Source of the DNA: Cytophagales bacterium
Lineage (GTDB): Bacteria > Bacteroidota > Bacteroidia > Cytophagales > Cyclobacteriaceae
NCBI GenBank assembly: GCA_020063545.1
Contig: JAGUUF010000120.1
Span: 1-43,596 of the forward strand
DNA: 43,596 bases
Direction: 5' to 3'
Within the stretch, counting starts at the first letter, position 1, and the number at the start of each line of letters is the position of its first letter. Below are positions 7,081 to 15,038 of this stretch, one piece after another. The translations under genes and the position numbers were made by a program. Under the pieces are notes generated by a model that was not told where the DNA came from, did no database searches, and saw only the letters and a program-made list of their open reading frames with translations.

Positions 7081-9564
7081 TCAGCGTTTTACCAGCACAC
7101 CCGGATAGTTTTTGACAGCCACCCGATCGCGGTAAACAAGTTTTCCGTTAACCCAAACCATCTCAACACCGGCCGATAACGCAGTAGGGTTTTCAATCGT
7201 GGCATTGTCAATCACTGTTTCCGGGTTAAACAACACCAGGTCAGCAAAATAACCCGGCTGAATCAGGCCGCGATCTTTTATTCCGAGATTCTGTGCCGGC
7301 AGTCCGGTCATTTTATAGATCGCCTTTTCCAGTGGCATTAGGTTTTGCTCGCGCACGTACCTGCCCAACACGCGGGTAAAAGCGCCATGCCCGCGCGGGT
7401 GGCCGTCAACAGCCCCATCGGAGCAAATGCTGCTGTGATCCCAGGCCAAAAAGTTTTTAATGTCCGTTTCGCTCATCGAGGTTGCCACGATGTAGCCGCT
7501 TTCACCGGCTGCTTCGCCTTCGCGGATAATGCGCAGTAAGGCATGTGCTGCATCTTCGTTGGTTAACCTGCCAATCTCCGCTATCGTTTTTCCTTCATAC
7601 GCCTTGTTTGCCGGAAACGATACCATGGTTGAAGCGGCCGGATCGAACAATTCAGCAGTTGCAAAACGGGCGCTCTCAAGGTTTGTAAAATCCTTTTTAG
7701 GAAACAGCACACGAGGCGTTGAGCCCCACATGCTGTATGGATATACATCGGCCGTAACATTTACCCCGAGCTGGCGTGCCTGCTGCAGCGAGGTGAGCAG
7801 TGATGCCGATGTTCCCCACTTGCTTCGTAAGGCAATTTTAATGTGCGAAATCTGTACGGGTATGTTTGCTTGCCTGCCAATGTCCAGCAACTCATCCAAT
7901 GCACGGTCAATGTGCACATCTTCGCTTCGAATGTGGCTGATGTATCGCCCGCCATAGGTTGCCGCTATCCTGGCCAATTCAATCACCTCATTCCGGCTTG
8001 CATAAAAGGCCGGCTCGTATTCAAGCCCGGTGGAAAGGCCCAGCGAACCGCTCTCCATCTCCTGCTTCAGGATTGCCTGCATCTGAACCAATTCATCGGG
8101 TGTTGATTTACGCAGTACATCGCCATTCATAGCCTTTTGCCTAAGCGTGGCATGACCGGTAAAGGTGGCAATATTGATGCTGACTGGCCTTTTGTTGAGG
8201 AGATAACTGATTGAATCGATGGGTGTTGACCCGCCATCCTGCCCAACCACAATGGTAGTAATCCCCTGGTTGGTTGCTGCCGTGCAGGATGGATTTTCTT
8301 CGAGCCGCCAATCATGGTGGCTGTGGCTGTCAATAAATCCGGGGGCCAGTACAAATCCTTTTCCATCCGTGACCGATTCGCCAGGGAACGCACCGAGTGA
8401 TCCGATATCAGCAATCCGATCATCCACCATGCGGACGCTGCCGCTGAAAGCCGGCAGGCCTGTTCCGTTTATGATTTTTACGTTGGTGATAAGATGCGTT
8501 GTCGGAAGTTGATACGGCTTACCCTCCCAAATGTCGCGCACCACGCGTGCAGCACCGTTTGTGCCGCTTGTCAACACAATAACCGTTTGGTTTTTATCAA
8601 GGTAGCGAACGATAAGCGAACGAAACCCTACCCAACTGCCGGTGTGCGAAATAATTTTGCCGGGCTCATCAATTCGCCAGCCGAAGCCATACTGATGATG
8701 TTCGCCAGAGTTAAGTTTGCCGGGAGTAAAAGCTTCATCACGCGTTGAACGCTTTATCAACCTTTCAGTATATAGGGCCTGGTCCCACTTGTATAAGTCT
8801 TCGGCTGATGAAAATACATTGCCATCGCCCACTACGCCATCATAATGATTCATGTCGTGGATTACCGGCTTACCACCTTCATAACGAAAGCCTACAACCC
8901 GAGAGGCCGGGTTCTGCTTCATCTTCAAGGTGTACACATACGTATTAGGAAGTTTTAACGGTTTGGCTACCGCTTCATGGAAAAAACGGCTGGCAGGCAT
9001 TCCTGATACATGCGCGACAAGCGAACCGAGCAGGATATAATTGGTATTGCAATACTCCCACCGGGTGCCCGGCTCAAAAAGCAATTCAGGTTTTTCAGTT
9101 ACAAGCCAATCAAGCACCATTTCATTGGTAAGGGTATCGAGCAGGTTCATCTCGCGATCGGCCGGCTCAAAATATTCGGGCAACCCGGATACCTGGTTAA
9201 GCAGGTGGCGTACCGTAATGGCAGGATATGGAAATGAACGCAAGTATTTCTGCACCGGATCATCATAGTTCAGTTTACCTTTTTCTTTCAGACTCATGAT
9301 CATCATACCGTAAAACTGCTTCGAAACAGAAGCAAGGTTAAAGGAAGAAGCCGTTGTTAATGGTGTTCCGGTAACCGGATTGGCAACACCGAAGGCCTTT
9401 TTGTAAAGTACCTTACCTTTCTCGCCAACCAGCACCACACCGTTAAACAACTGGCGCTGGTGCAGGTAGGTTAGTGCAGAATCAATTTTGGCAATCGTGC
9501 GGTTAGTCTGCCCGAGGCAGGCAACAGTTACTACCAGGCAAAAAAGCAGGGGTAATCGGTTCAT
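7081..9564 (-). CDS. secreted serine hydrolase (beta-lactamase/DD-peptidase fold) fused to N-acyl-D-amino-acid deacylase (D-aminoacylase, amidohydrolase superfamily)
   Basis: 827 aa. N-terminal signal peptide, then SxxK (SVSK), YxN (YCN) and HTG motifs of class C-type serine hydrolases in aa 1-355. From about aa 357: LITNVKIINGTG ... GFIDSHSHHD metal site, SHIRSE, QISHIK and CSDG..HPRGHGAFTRVLGRYVRE, typical of D-aminoacylases. One uninterrupted frame. Confidence 0.85.
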   Translation of the reverse strand: MNRLPLLFCLVVTVACLGQTNRTIAKIDSALTYLHQRQLFNGVVLVGEKGKVLYKKAFGVANPVTGTPLTTASSFNLASVSKQFYGMMIMSLKEKGKLNYDDPVQKYLRSFPYPAITVRHLLNQVSGLPEYFEPADREMNLLDTLTNEMVLDWLVTEKPELLFEPGTRWEYCNTNYILLGSLVAHVSGMPASRFFHEAVAKPLKLPNTYVYTLKMKQNPASRVVGFRYEGGKPVIHDMNHYDGVVGDGNVFSSAEDLYKWDQALYTERLIKRSTRDEAFTPGKLNSGEHHQYGFGWRIDEPGKIISHTGSWVGFRSLIVRYLDKNQTVIVLTSGTNGAARVVRDIWEGKPYQLPTTHLITNVKIINGTGLPAFSGSVRMVDDRIADIGSLGAFPGESVTDGKGFVLAPGFIDSHSHHDWRLEENPSCTAATNQGITTIVVGQDGGSTPIDSISYLLNKRPVSINIATFTGHATLRQKAMNGDVLRKSTPDELVQMQAILKQEMESGSLGLSTGLEYEPAFYASRNEVIELARIAATYGGRYISHIRSEDVHIDRALDELLDIGRQANIPVQISHIKIALRSKWGTSASLLTSLQQARQLGVNVTADVYPYSMWGSTPRVLFPKKDFTNLESARFATAELFDPAASTMVSFPANKAYEGKTIAEIGRLTNEDAAHALLRIIREGEAAGESGYIVATSMSETDIKNFLAWDHSSICSDGAVDGHPRGHGAFTRVLGRYVREQNLMPLEKAIYKMTGLPAQNLGIKDRGLIQPGYFADLVLFNPETVIDNATIENPTALSAGVEMVWVNGKLVYRDRVAVKNYPGVLVKR

Positions 9565-9594
9565 GGGTATGTATTAAGAAATGCTTGTTGGAGG

Positions 9595-10506
9595 TTACTC
9601 GTGCAGCGGCCGTTTTTTTATCATGCCGCCCTTTACATCGTTGATGCTGTTTTCAACCACAAACGCGTGCTCATCAATTTTAGAAATTTCAGTTTTCAGT
9701 TTCTGTAATTCAAGGCGTGTGATCACCGAAAAAATAACATTCATTTCCTTTACGCGGTGCCCTGTTTTACCAAAACCGCTCTGTCCTTTCAGGATGGTTA
9801 CCCCGCGGCCCATACGGTTGGTGATGGCGTCTTTTATCTCTTCGCTTTTATCCGAAACAATCATCACACTAGTATATTCTTCAATACCGTGAACAACAAA
9901 ATCAACTGTTTTGGAGGCAACCAGGTAGGTTAATATGGCATACAACGCTGTTTCAATAGCAATCAGGTAGGCGGCCACCGAAAAGATTACAATGTTCAAT
10001 CCAAGAATAATGTCACCTACTGTAAGGGTAGTTTTCCGGCTGGTGTAAATGGCAAGCACTTCGGTACCATCCAGTACGCTGCCGCCCCGTATGGAAAGCC
10101 CGATTCCTGCCCCGAGAAAGAATCCGCCAAAAAAAGCGATGAGTAAATCATCATCCGTAACCAGGGGAAAATCAATCCAGTACAACGCAAGCGCCAGCCC
10201 TACAATGGCGATAAGTGTTTTAAATGCAAACAGCCTCGATACCTGGGTGTAGCCGATAACTATAAATGGGGCATTAAGGATGACCACCAGCAGAGAAAGA
10301 TTGGTGTTGGTAAGTTGATTGACCAGCAGTGAAATACCCATTACGCCTCCATCCAGGAATTTATTCGGCAGCAGAAAACCTTTTAGTCCGAAGGATGCAG
10401 CCAAAATGCCAAGGGTAATAAAAAAAGTATCTTTTACAGCCCGCTCAAACTGTATTCGCTTAATGCGAACAGCCTTTAGTTCCTGGAATCGCTGCTGGGT
10501 ACTCAT
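9595..10506 (-). CDS. YitT-family membrane protein (with C-terminal DUF2179-like domain)
   Basis: 303-aa ORF with several TM helices, then a soluble C-terminal domain (VTILKGQSGFGKTG...VITRLELQKLK), as in YitT/DUF2179 proteins. Confidence 0.75.
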   Translation of the reverse strand: MSTQQRFQELKAVRIKRIQFERAVKDTFFITLGILAASFGLKGFLLPNKFLDGGVMGISLLVNQLTNTNLSLLVVILNAPFIVIGYTQVSRLFAFKTLIAIVGLALALYWIDFPLVTDDDLLIAFFGGFFLGAGIGLSIRGGSVLDGTEVLAIYTSRKTTLTVGDIILGLNIVIFSVAAYLIAIETALYAILTYLVASKTVDFVVHGIEEYTSVMIVSDKSEEIKDAITNRMGRGVTILKGQSGFGKTGHRVKEMNVIFSVITRLELQKLKTEISKIDEHAFVVENSINDVKGGMIKKRPLHE

Positions 10507-10553
10507 GCTTACAAAATAGCAAATCCGGCCGGTCTTTGAAAATCAGCAGGTTG

Positions 10554-10569
10554 TGTGACTGTAGTCATG
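10554..10569 (+). promoter_or_regulatory. candidate operator TGTGACTGTAGTCATG (CRP-like TGTGA-N6-TCA; core palindrome TGACT-N2-AGTCA)
   Basis: In the divergent YitT/OsmC intergenic region, 46 nt upstream of the osmC-like ATG. A 14/16-identical copy occurs upstream of ccoNO (22079..22094, minus strand), in the same orientation relative to the downstream gene. Confidence 0.35.
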
Positions 10570-10614
10570 GTGCGGTAACGTTAGCCGGTACATCTTTACC
10601 TAAAATTTTAAACC

Positions 10615-11061
10615 ATGACGTACGAACACATCTATAATGTAAACCTTCGCTGGGATGCCGACCGGATGGGCACCCTCTACTCGGATGAACTGAATGAACC
10701 CGTAACAGTAGCTACCCCACCGCCTTTTCCGAAAGGCATGGAAAAAATCTGGTCGCCCGAACATTTGTTCACGGCTGCCGTAAGCAGTTGCCTGATGACA
10801 ACCTTCCTGGCCATTGCCGAAAACTCAAAACTTGTGTTTAACCAGTTTTCGTGCAGGGCTGCCGGTAAGCTGGAACACGTTAACGGCAAATACCGGATGA
10901 CAGAAATAATGCTTGAGCCAGAACTGGTTATTACACGCGAGCAGGATTACGAACGGGCTGAGCGGATATTGCAAAAATCAGAAGCCGCCTGCCTGATTAC
11001 CAATTCAATTAACTCGAATGTAGTGATGAAACCGGTTATCCGGATTTTGAAAGAGGTTTGA
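10615..11061 (+). CDS. OsmC/Ohr-family protein
   Basis: 148 aa. WSPEHLFTAAVSSCLMTTFLAIAE and a C-terminal SEAACLITNS segment resemble the two conserved Cys regions of OsmC-family proteins. Confidence 0.75.
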   Translation: MTYEHIYNVNLRWDADRMGTLYSDELNEPVTVATPPPFPKGMEKIWSPEHLFTAAVSSCLMTTFLAIAENSKLVFNQFSCRAAGKLEHVNGKYRMTEIMLEPELVITREQDYERAERILQKSEAACLITNSINSNVVMKPVIRILKEV

Positions 11062-11071
11062 GGATCGTTTA

Positions 11072-11419
11072 TTACCCAATCCTTTTCACCTTATAACCAT
11101 CTTTAGTAAGAAGGCTTACCAGTTTTTCGCGCTGGTCGCCCTGCAGCAGAATTTCACCCTCTTTTACCGATCCGCCAACACCACACTTACCTTTCAACGC
11201 CTTTCCCAACATTTCCAGGTCCTCTGCCTTCCCGACAAAGCCGGTAACCAGCGTAACGGTTTTGCCGGCACGGCCGCTCTTGTCGAGCAGCACTTTTAAC
11301 TGTTGTTGCTGTGGTGCAAGTGTAGCCGGCTCGTATGCTTTTCGTGTTTCGTATTGAAAATTTTCAGCCGTAGAGTACACCACGCCTTCGCGCTGCTTCC
11401 AAAGGTTTTTCTTTGCCAT
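11072..11419 (-). CDS. yciH: translation initiation factor SUI1/YciH family
   Basis: 115 aa. GRAGKTVTLVTGF ... LKGKCGVGGSVKEGEILLQGDQREKLVSLL matches the SUI1/eIF1-like YciH pattern. Confidence 0.85.
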   Translation of the reverse strand: MAKKNLWKQREGVVYSTAENFQYETRKAYEPATLAPQQQQLKVLLDKSGRAGKTVTLVTGFVGKAEDLEMLGKALKGKCGVGGSVKEGEILLQGDQREKLVSLLTKDGYKVKRIG

Positions 11420-12207
11420 TACGAAATGAAGATTAGAATTACCGTAAAGATAAGCACGAACAAGTTTACCAGCCCCAGGTTAAACCGGAATTCAACGCTG
11501 CCGACAGCAAGCAGCCAAAGCACACTGCCGATGATGAGCAAAGTGGGAACGAAAATGAAATTACCGTAAAGGGTTCCCAGGTTGGAAACAGCAATTGTTC
11601 CATCAACGGACTGAACATCCATCAACACACCCAGAATTGCAGATTCGGTAAATACAAGTTGTGTATTGACGGATAACCTGCGGGCGTCTGCCGCTTCAAT
11701 TCTCAGTTCTCTGCCGGTGCTGGTAACCAGGTAATCCTGCCATCCGCGCCTGTACACCTCATTGCGAAATTTCACGAGTGTCTCGATATGCCTTGCCGGG
11801 GGAAGAAAAAAATCGGTTACCAGTAACGTAAAAAGTAAACCACCGGCAATGGCAATCGGTTTCATATACGGCAGCACCGTTGCCATTAGGTCGTACTGGG
11901 TTGGTCCTTTCGCGCGAGGCGGCCTGTATCCGCCTGTGCCCCGGTATCGGGGATCACGGTGTGCAGGAGCCGGAGGAGGCTCGTACACCGGAGCATACGG
12001 ATTTTCCAACCGATAATCATATTCCCTGCGTTTTACTTCATCGCCCAGAACATCATATGCTTCGTTTACCAGTTTGATGAGCTCCTGGGCTTGCGGATCG
12101 GGATTAACATCAGGATGTAGCTGCTGAACCAGCTTGCGGTAAGCGCGTTTAATCTCAGCTGCGCTGGCCGCAGGATGGACACCCAAAACCGCATAGTAAT
12201 TACTCAT
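11419..12207 (-). CDS. J-domain (DnaJ-like) membrane protein
   Basis: N-terminal J domain (YYAVLGV...[21 protein letters not shown], with HPD), a Pro-rich linker and C-terminal TM helices. ATG at 12207; the ORF is also open from a TTG at 12216. Its stop overlaps the yciH ATG (TAATG). Confidence 0.8.
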   Translation of the reverse strand: MSNYYAVLGVHPAASAAEIKRAYRKLVQQLHPDVNPDPQAQELIKLVNEAYDVLGDEVKRREYDYRLENPYAPVYEPPPAPAHRDPRYRGTGGYRPPRAKGPTQYDLMATVLPYMKPIAIAGGLLFTLLVTDFFLPPARHIETLVKFRNEVYRRGWQDYLVTSTGRELRIEAADARRLSVNTQLVFTESAILGVLMDVQSVDGTIAVSNLGTLYGNFIFVPTLLIIGSVLWLLAVGSVEFRFNLGLVNLFVLIFTVILIFIS

Positions 12208-12241
12208 TGGCTGCAACTACAGAAGAAAACCGGAGGTTACA

Positions 12242-12267
12242 AAAAAACCCGGAGGGCCGGGTTTTTT
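12242..12267 (-). terminator. rho-independent terminator (symmetrical, potentially bidirectional)
   Basis: aaaaaacccgg-aggg-ccgggtttttt: perfect 11-bp stem including A/T tracts, 4-nt loop. Sits 21 nt downstream of the tandem-Usp stop codon. Confidence 0.8.
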
Positions 12268-12287
12268 GTTCAGTTTTCACTGAAATG

Positions 12288-13142
12288 CTATTTCCTGTGT
12301 TTAACCACAAACGTAAGCACCGGGCGTTTGCTGTGGTTCACCACATCTTCGGCAATACTGCCGGCCAAAACGTGCGCAAAACCCGTGCGGCCATGGGTTG
12401 CCATAGCAATCATATCGGCATGGATACTGTCAGCAAAATAAATAATGCCTTCCTCTTCGGTAACATCATTGAACACGTTAATCGTGTAATTTTTCAGTTG
12501 AAGTTTCTTGGCAAAATCCTGCATGTACTTTTTCACAACAGAATCGCGCTGGAAATTACCGGGCGTATTGATGCGAACCAAGTGAATGGTTGAGTCGTAC
12601 ATGGCCTGCGCGCGTTTAACAATTCGCGAAAATACTTCCTCGTCCTTACTCATGGAGGTAGCATACACAATGTTTTTAAAGTTGGGGCGGGTAGGTTTTT
12701 TCTGGATGGTGAGCACCGGGCATTTGGCATGGCGAACAACCTTTTCGGTGTTTGAGCCGATAATCATTTCGGTGGCACCGGTTACCCCGGTTGTTCCCAT
12801 TACCACCAGGTCAACTTTATGTTCGGCAATAATGGTACGCATGCCGTGGAAGGGTGAGCCCATCCGCAGTTCGGATTTTACCTTTACCCCGTTAAACATC
12901 GGGTCAGCCGCGAATTTGGCCATTTGCTTTTTGGAACGTTCGATGAGCTTGAGCATGAACAGTTTTTCTTCCATGTCAGCGTATTGTACTTCACCGGTTA
13001 CCGCAAAAGAGCCTTTGGAGCCTTCTTCAATTACGTGCAGCAATATCAATTCGGCACCCGCTTTTTTTGCGATACCGGCAGCTACCTCGGCTGCAGTTTG
13101 GGCCGTTTTGGAGAAATCAATGGGAACCAGGATTTTTTTCAT
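12288..13142 (-). CDS. universal stress protein, tandem Usp domains
   Basis: 284 aa with two Usp-like halves (MKKILVPIDFS...LILLHV...VMGTTGVTG... and NIVYATS...IAMATHGRTGFAHVLAGSIAEDVVNHSKRPVL). Confidence 0.85.
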   Translation of the reverse strand: MKKILVPIDFSKTAQTAAEVAAGIAKKAGAELILLHVIEEGSKGSFAVTGEVQYADMEEKLFMLKLIERSKKQMAKFAADPMFNGVKVKSELRMGSPFHGMRTIIAEHKVDLVVMGTTGVTGATEMIIGSNTEKVVRHAKCPVLTIQKKPTRPNFKNIVYATSMSKDEEVFSRIVKRAQAMYDSTIHLVRINTPGNFQRDSVVKKYMQDFAKKLQLKNYTINVFNDVTEEEGIIYFADSIHADMIAMATHGRTGFAHVLAGSIAEDVVNHSKRPVLTFVVKHRK

Positions 13143-13222
13143 AAGGTTGATGTGTTAATGTTTTTAAAGATAAAAACTTTCGTGGTACAAATACCGTATC
13201 ATAACCCGAATTAACAGAAATT

Positions 13223-13648
13223 TTAAGGTTGCCTGTGCCTGTCGGGCACAATCAGTACCGGCACGGAAGCCTGAGCGATAAATTCTTCAAGGGTCATTCC
13301 CTTTTGCTCATTAATTTCAAGGGCCAGTTTCTGCCCGATAACAATGAATGCCCCCGGGTTTGCCTGCACAGCACTTTTAATCCTGTCGGCAAGAAACCCG
13401 ACTTCGGCCCTGAATTCATAAGGCACCGAACCATTAAGCCCCAGTTTTTTCTCCAGTAATGCAAAATCCTCATGGGCCTTTTTAACGATTGTCTTCCGGT
13501 AATCTCCGATGGCTTCATTATCCGGAATAATCCGGTATGCATACAGCACAACCAGCCGTTTGGCAAAGCGGTTAGCCAGGTCAACCGCTGCCTTCAAAAC
13601 CGAAGAAGAAGTTTCTGAAAAATCAACCGCGCAAACTACAGGATTCAT
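13223..13648 (-). CDS. universal stress protein, single domain
   Basis: MNPVVCAVDFSETS... start is typical for Usp. The ORF stays open upstream to 13708, but that extension would remove the divergent promoter region. Confidence 0.7.
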   Translation of the reverse strand: MNPVVCAVDFSETSSSVLKAAVDLANRFAKRLVVLYAYRIIPDNEAIGDYRKTIVKKAHEDFALLEKKLGLNGSVPYEFRAEVGFLADRIKSAVQANPGAFIVIGQKLALEINEQKGMTLEEFIAQASVPVLIVPDRHRQP

Positions 13649-13716
13649 GTAACGTAACTGCAGCGAACATACCCGGTTTGGCGAATCATCCTCCGTGATG
13701 GGCATCATGTAAAAAA

Positions 13717-13729
13717 CTGATTTTTATCA
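13717..13729. promoter_or_regulatory. FNR/FixK-like box cTGAT-TTTT-ATCAt
   Basis: CTGATTTTTATCA lies between the divergent usp and kinase genes. It matches TTGAT-N4-ATCAA at 8/10 positions with a perfectly palindromic TGAT/ATCA core, and is 12/13 identical to 22102..22114 upstream of ccoNO. Confidence 0.4.
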
Positions 13730-13758
13730 TGAGGCGTTGTTACTATCTTTCCCAAACC

Positions 13759-15030
13759 ATGACCGAACCGAGATTCCGGCTTTCCTCACCCGAAACATTG
13801 GGCGAAATTTTTCAGGGTTCAGCTGAGGGTATTCTAATGGTTGACACAGCGGGAATAATCCAGCTTGCCAATAAGGCCTCTGAGCAAATGTTCGGATACG
13901 CACCCGGAGAACTGGAAGGAAAACCGCTCGAAACGCTGCTTCCGCAGCGATACCGCGAGCAGCATAGCCGGCACCGGGCATCCTTCCACCAGGCCCCCTC
14001 TCCACGAAAAATGGGGGTTGGCCGCGACCTGGTGGCCTGCCGGAAAGATGGTACCGAGTTTCCGGTAGAGGTAAGCCTGAGTCATCACCGCATAAACAAT
14101 CAGTTTATTGTTATTGCGTTTATCATTGATATCACCGAACGCAAAAAGGCGGAAGAAGCCGTAAGGCGCAGCGAAGAACAGTTACTGCTCTATGCAGCCG
14201 AACTGGAGCGTAAAGTGCAGGCACGTACAGATGCCCTCAATAAATCTATTGAAGACCTGGAAAAGGCAAACCACTTTTTGCAGGAACAGATTGCCGAACG
14301 AAAAAAAGCAGAAGAAGAAGTGAAGCATGCCCTTGAACGGGAGCGCGAGCTGAACGAACTTAAAAGCAAGTTCGTTTCGATTGCATCGCACGAATTCAGA
14401 ACTCCGTTAAGCACCGTGCTCAGCTCAGCCTCGCTGGTAATGCAGTATAAAGAAAAGGGCGATCTTGCAAAAATTGATAAACACGTAAATCGCATTAAAT
14501 CATCGGTAAGCCACCTGACCAATATCCTGAATGACTTCCTTTCGCTCGGTAAACTCGAAGAAGGTAAAATCGATATTGCCAAGGAGACCCTCAGCCTCAG
14601 TGAGTTTCTTCATGAAATCAGGGAAGAAATGAAACCCCAGCTTAAAGAGAAGCAAACCGTAACGCTGCAGATCACAGGAAAAGAAAAGCCGGTAAGTACA
14701 GATCCAAAAGTATTGCGTAACATTCTCTTCAACCTGATTTCCAACGCCAGCAAATACTCCGATGCCGGTAAGCCCATAAGCATCCTTGTTACCTTCTGGG
14801 AAAATCACCTTGATATTGCCGTAACTGACCAGGGCATCGGCATTCCAAGAGAAGATTTGAAACACTTATTCGAGCGGTTCTTCCGCGCCAGCAATGCCGG
14901 GCAGGTTCAAGGTACAGGCCTGGGACTTAACATTGTAAAACGCTATGTTGAATTGTTAAACGGAGAAATTAAATTTACCAGCCAGGAAGGAAAAGGAAGT
15001 ACCTTTACCGTTATCCTGCCCATTACCTGA
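13759..15030 (+). CDS. PAS-domain sensor histidine kinase (FixL-like PAS)
   Basis: PAS (GILMVDTAGIIQLAN...RKDGTEFPVEVSLS), coiled coil, H-box SHEFRTPL, and N/G boxes (NLISNASKYS, DQGIGIP, GTGLGLNIVK). ATG at 13759 preferred; the alternative ATG at 13729 lies inside the FNR-like box. Confidence 0.88.
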   Translation: MTEPRFRLSSPETLGEIFQGSAEGILMVDTAGIIQLANKASEQMFGYAPGELEGKPLETLLPQRYREQHSRHRASFHQAPSPRKMGVGRDLVACRKDGTEFPVEVSLSHHRINNQFIVIAFIIDITERKKAEEAVRRSEEQLLLYAAELERKVQARTDALNKSIEDLEKANHFLQEQIAERKKAEEEVKHALERERELNELKSKFVSIASHEFRTPLSTVLSSASLVMQYKEKGDLAKIDKHVNRIKSSVSHLTNILNDFLSLGKLEEGKIDIAKETLSLSEFLHEIREEMKPQLKEKQTVTLQITGKEKPVSTDPKVLRNILFNLISNASKYSDAGKPISILVTFWENHLDIAVTDQGIGIPREDLKHLFERFFRASNAGQVQGTGLGLNIVKRYVELLNGEIKFTSQEGKGSTFTVILPIT

Positions 15031-15038
15031 ATAACGCT

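Noticed and set aside
10536-10545. TTGA-aaa-TCA in the YitT/osmC intergenic region as another FNR box
   Set aside because: The half-site spacing is 3 nt instead of 6, which is incompatible with the Crp/Fnr dyad geometry.
12586-13158. 190-aa plus-strand ORF opposite the tandem Usp gene
   Set aside because: It is a shadow of a clear Usp-domain gene. No motifs, and it overlaps the whole gene.
13649-13758. Longest-ORF starts for the single-domain Usp gene (13708) and the kinase (13729)
   Set aside because: Using both would leave only 20 bp for two divergent promoters. The Usp fold begins at the ATG at 13648. The ATG at 13729 lies inside the palindromic FNR-like box.
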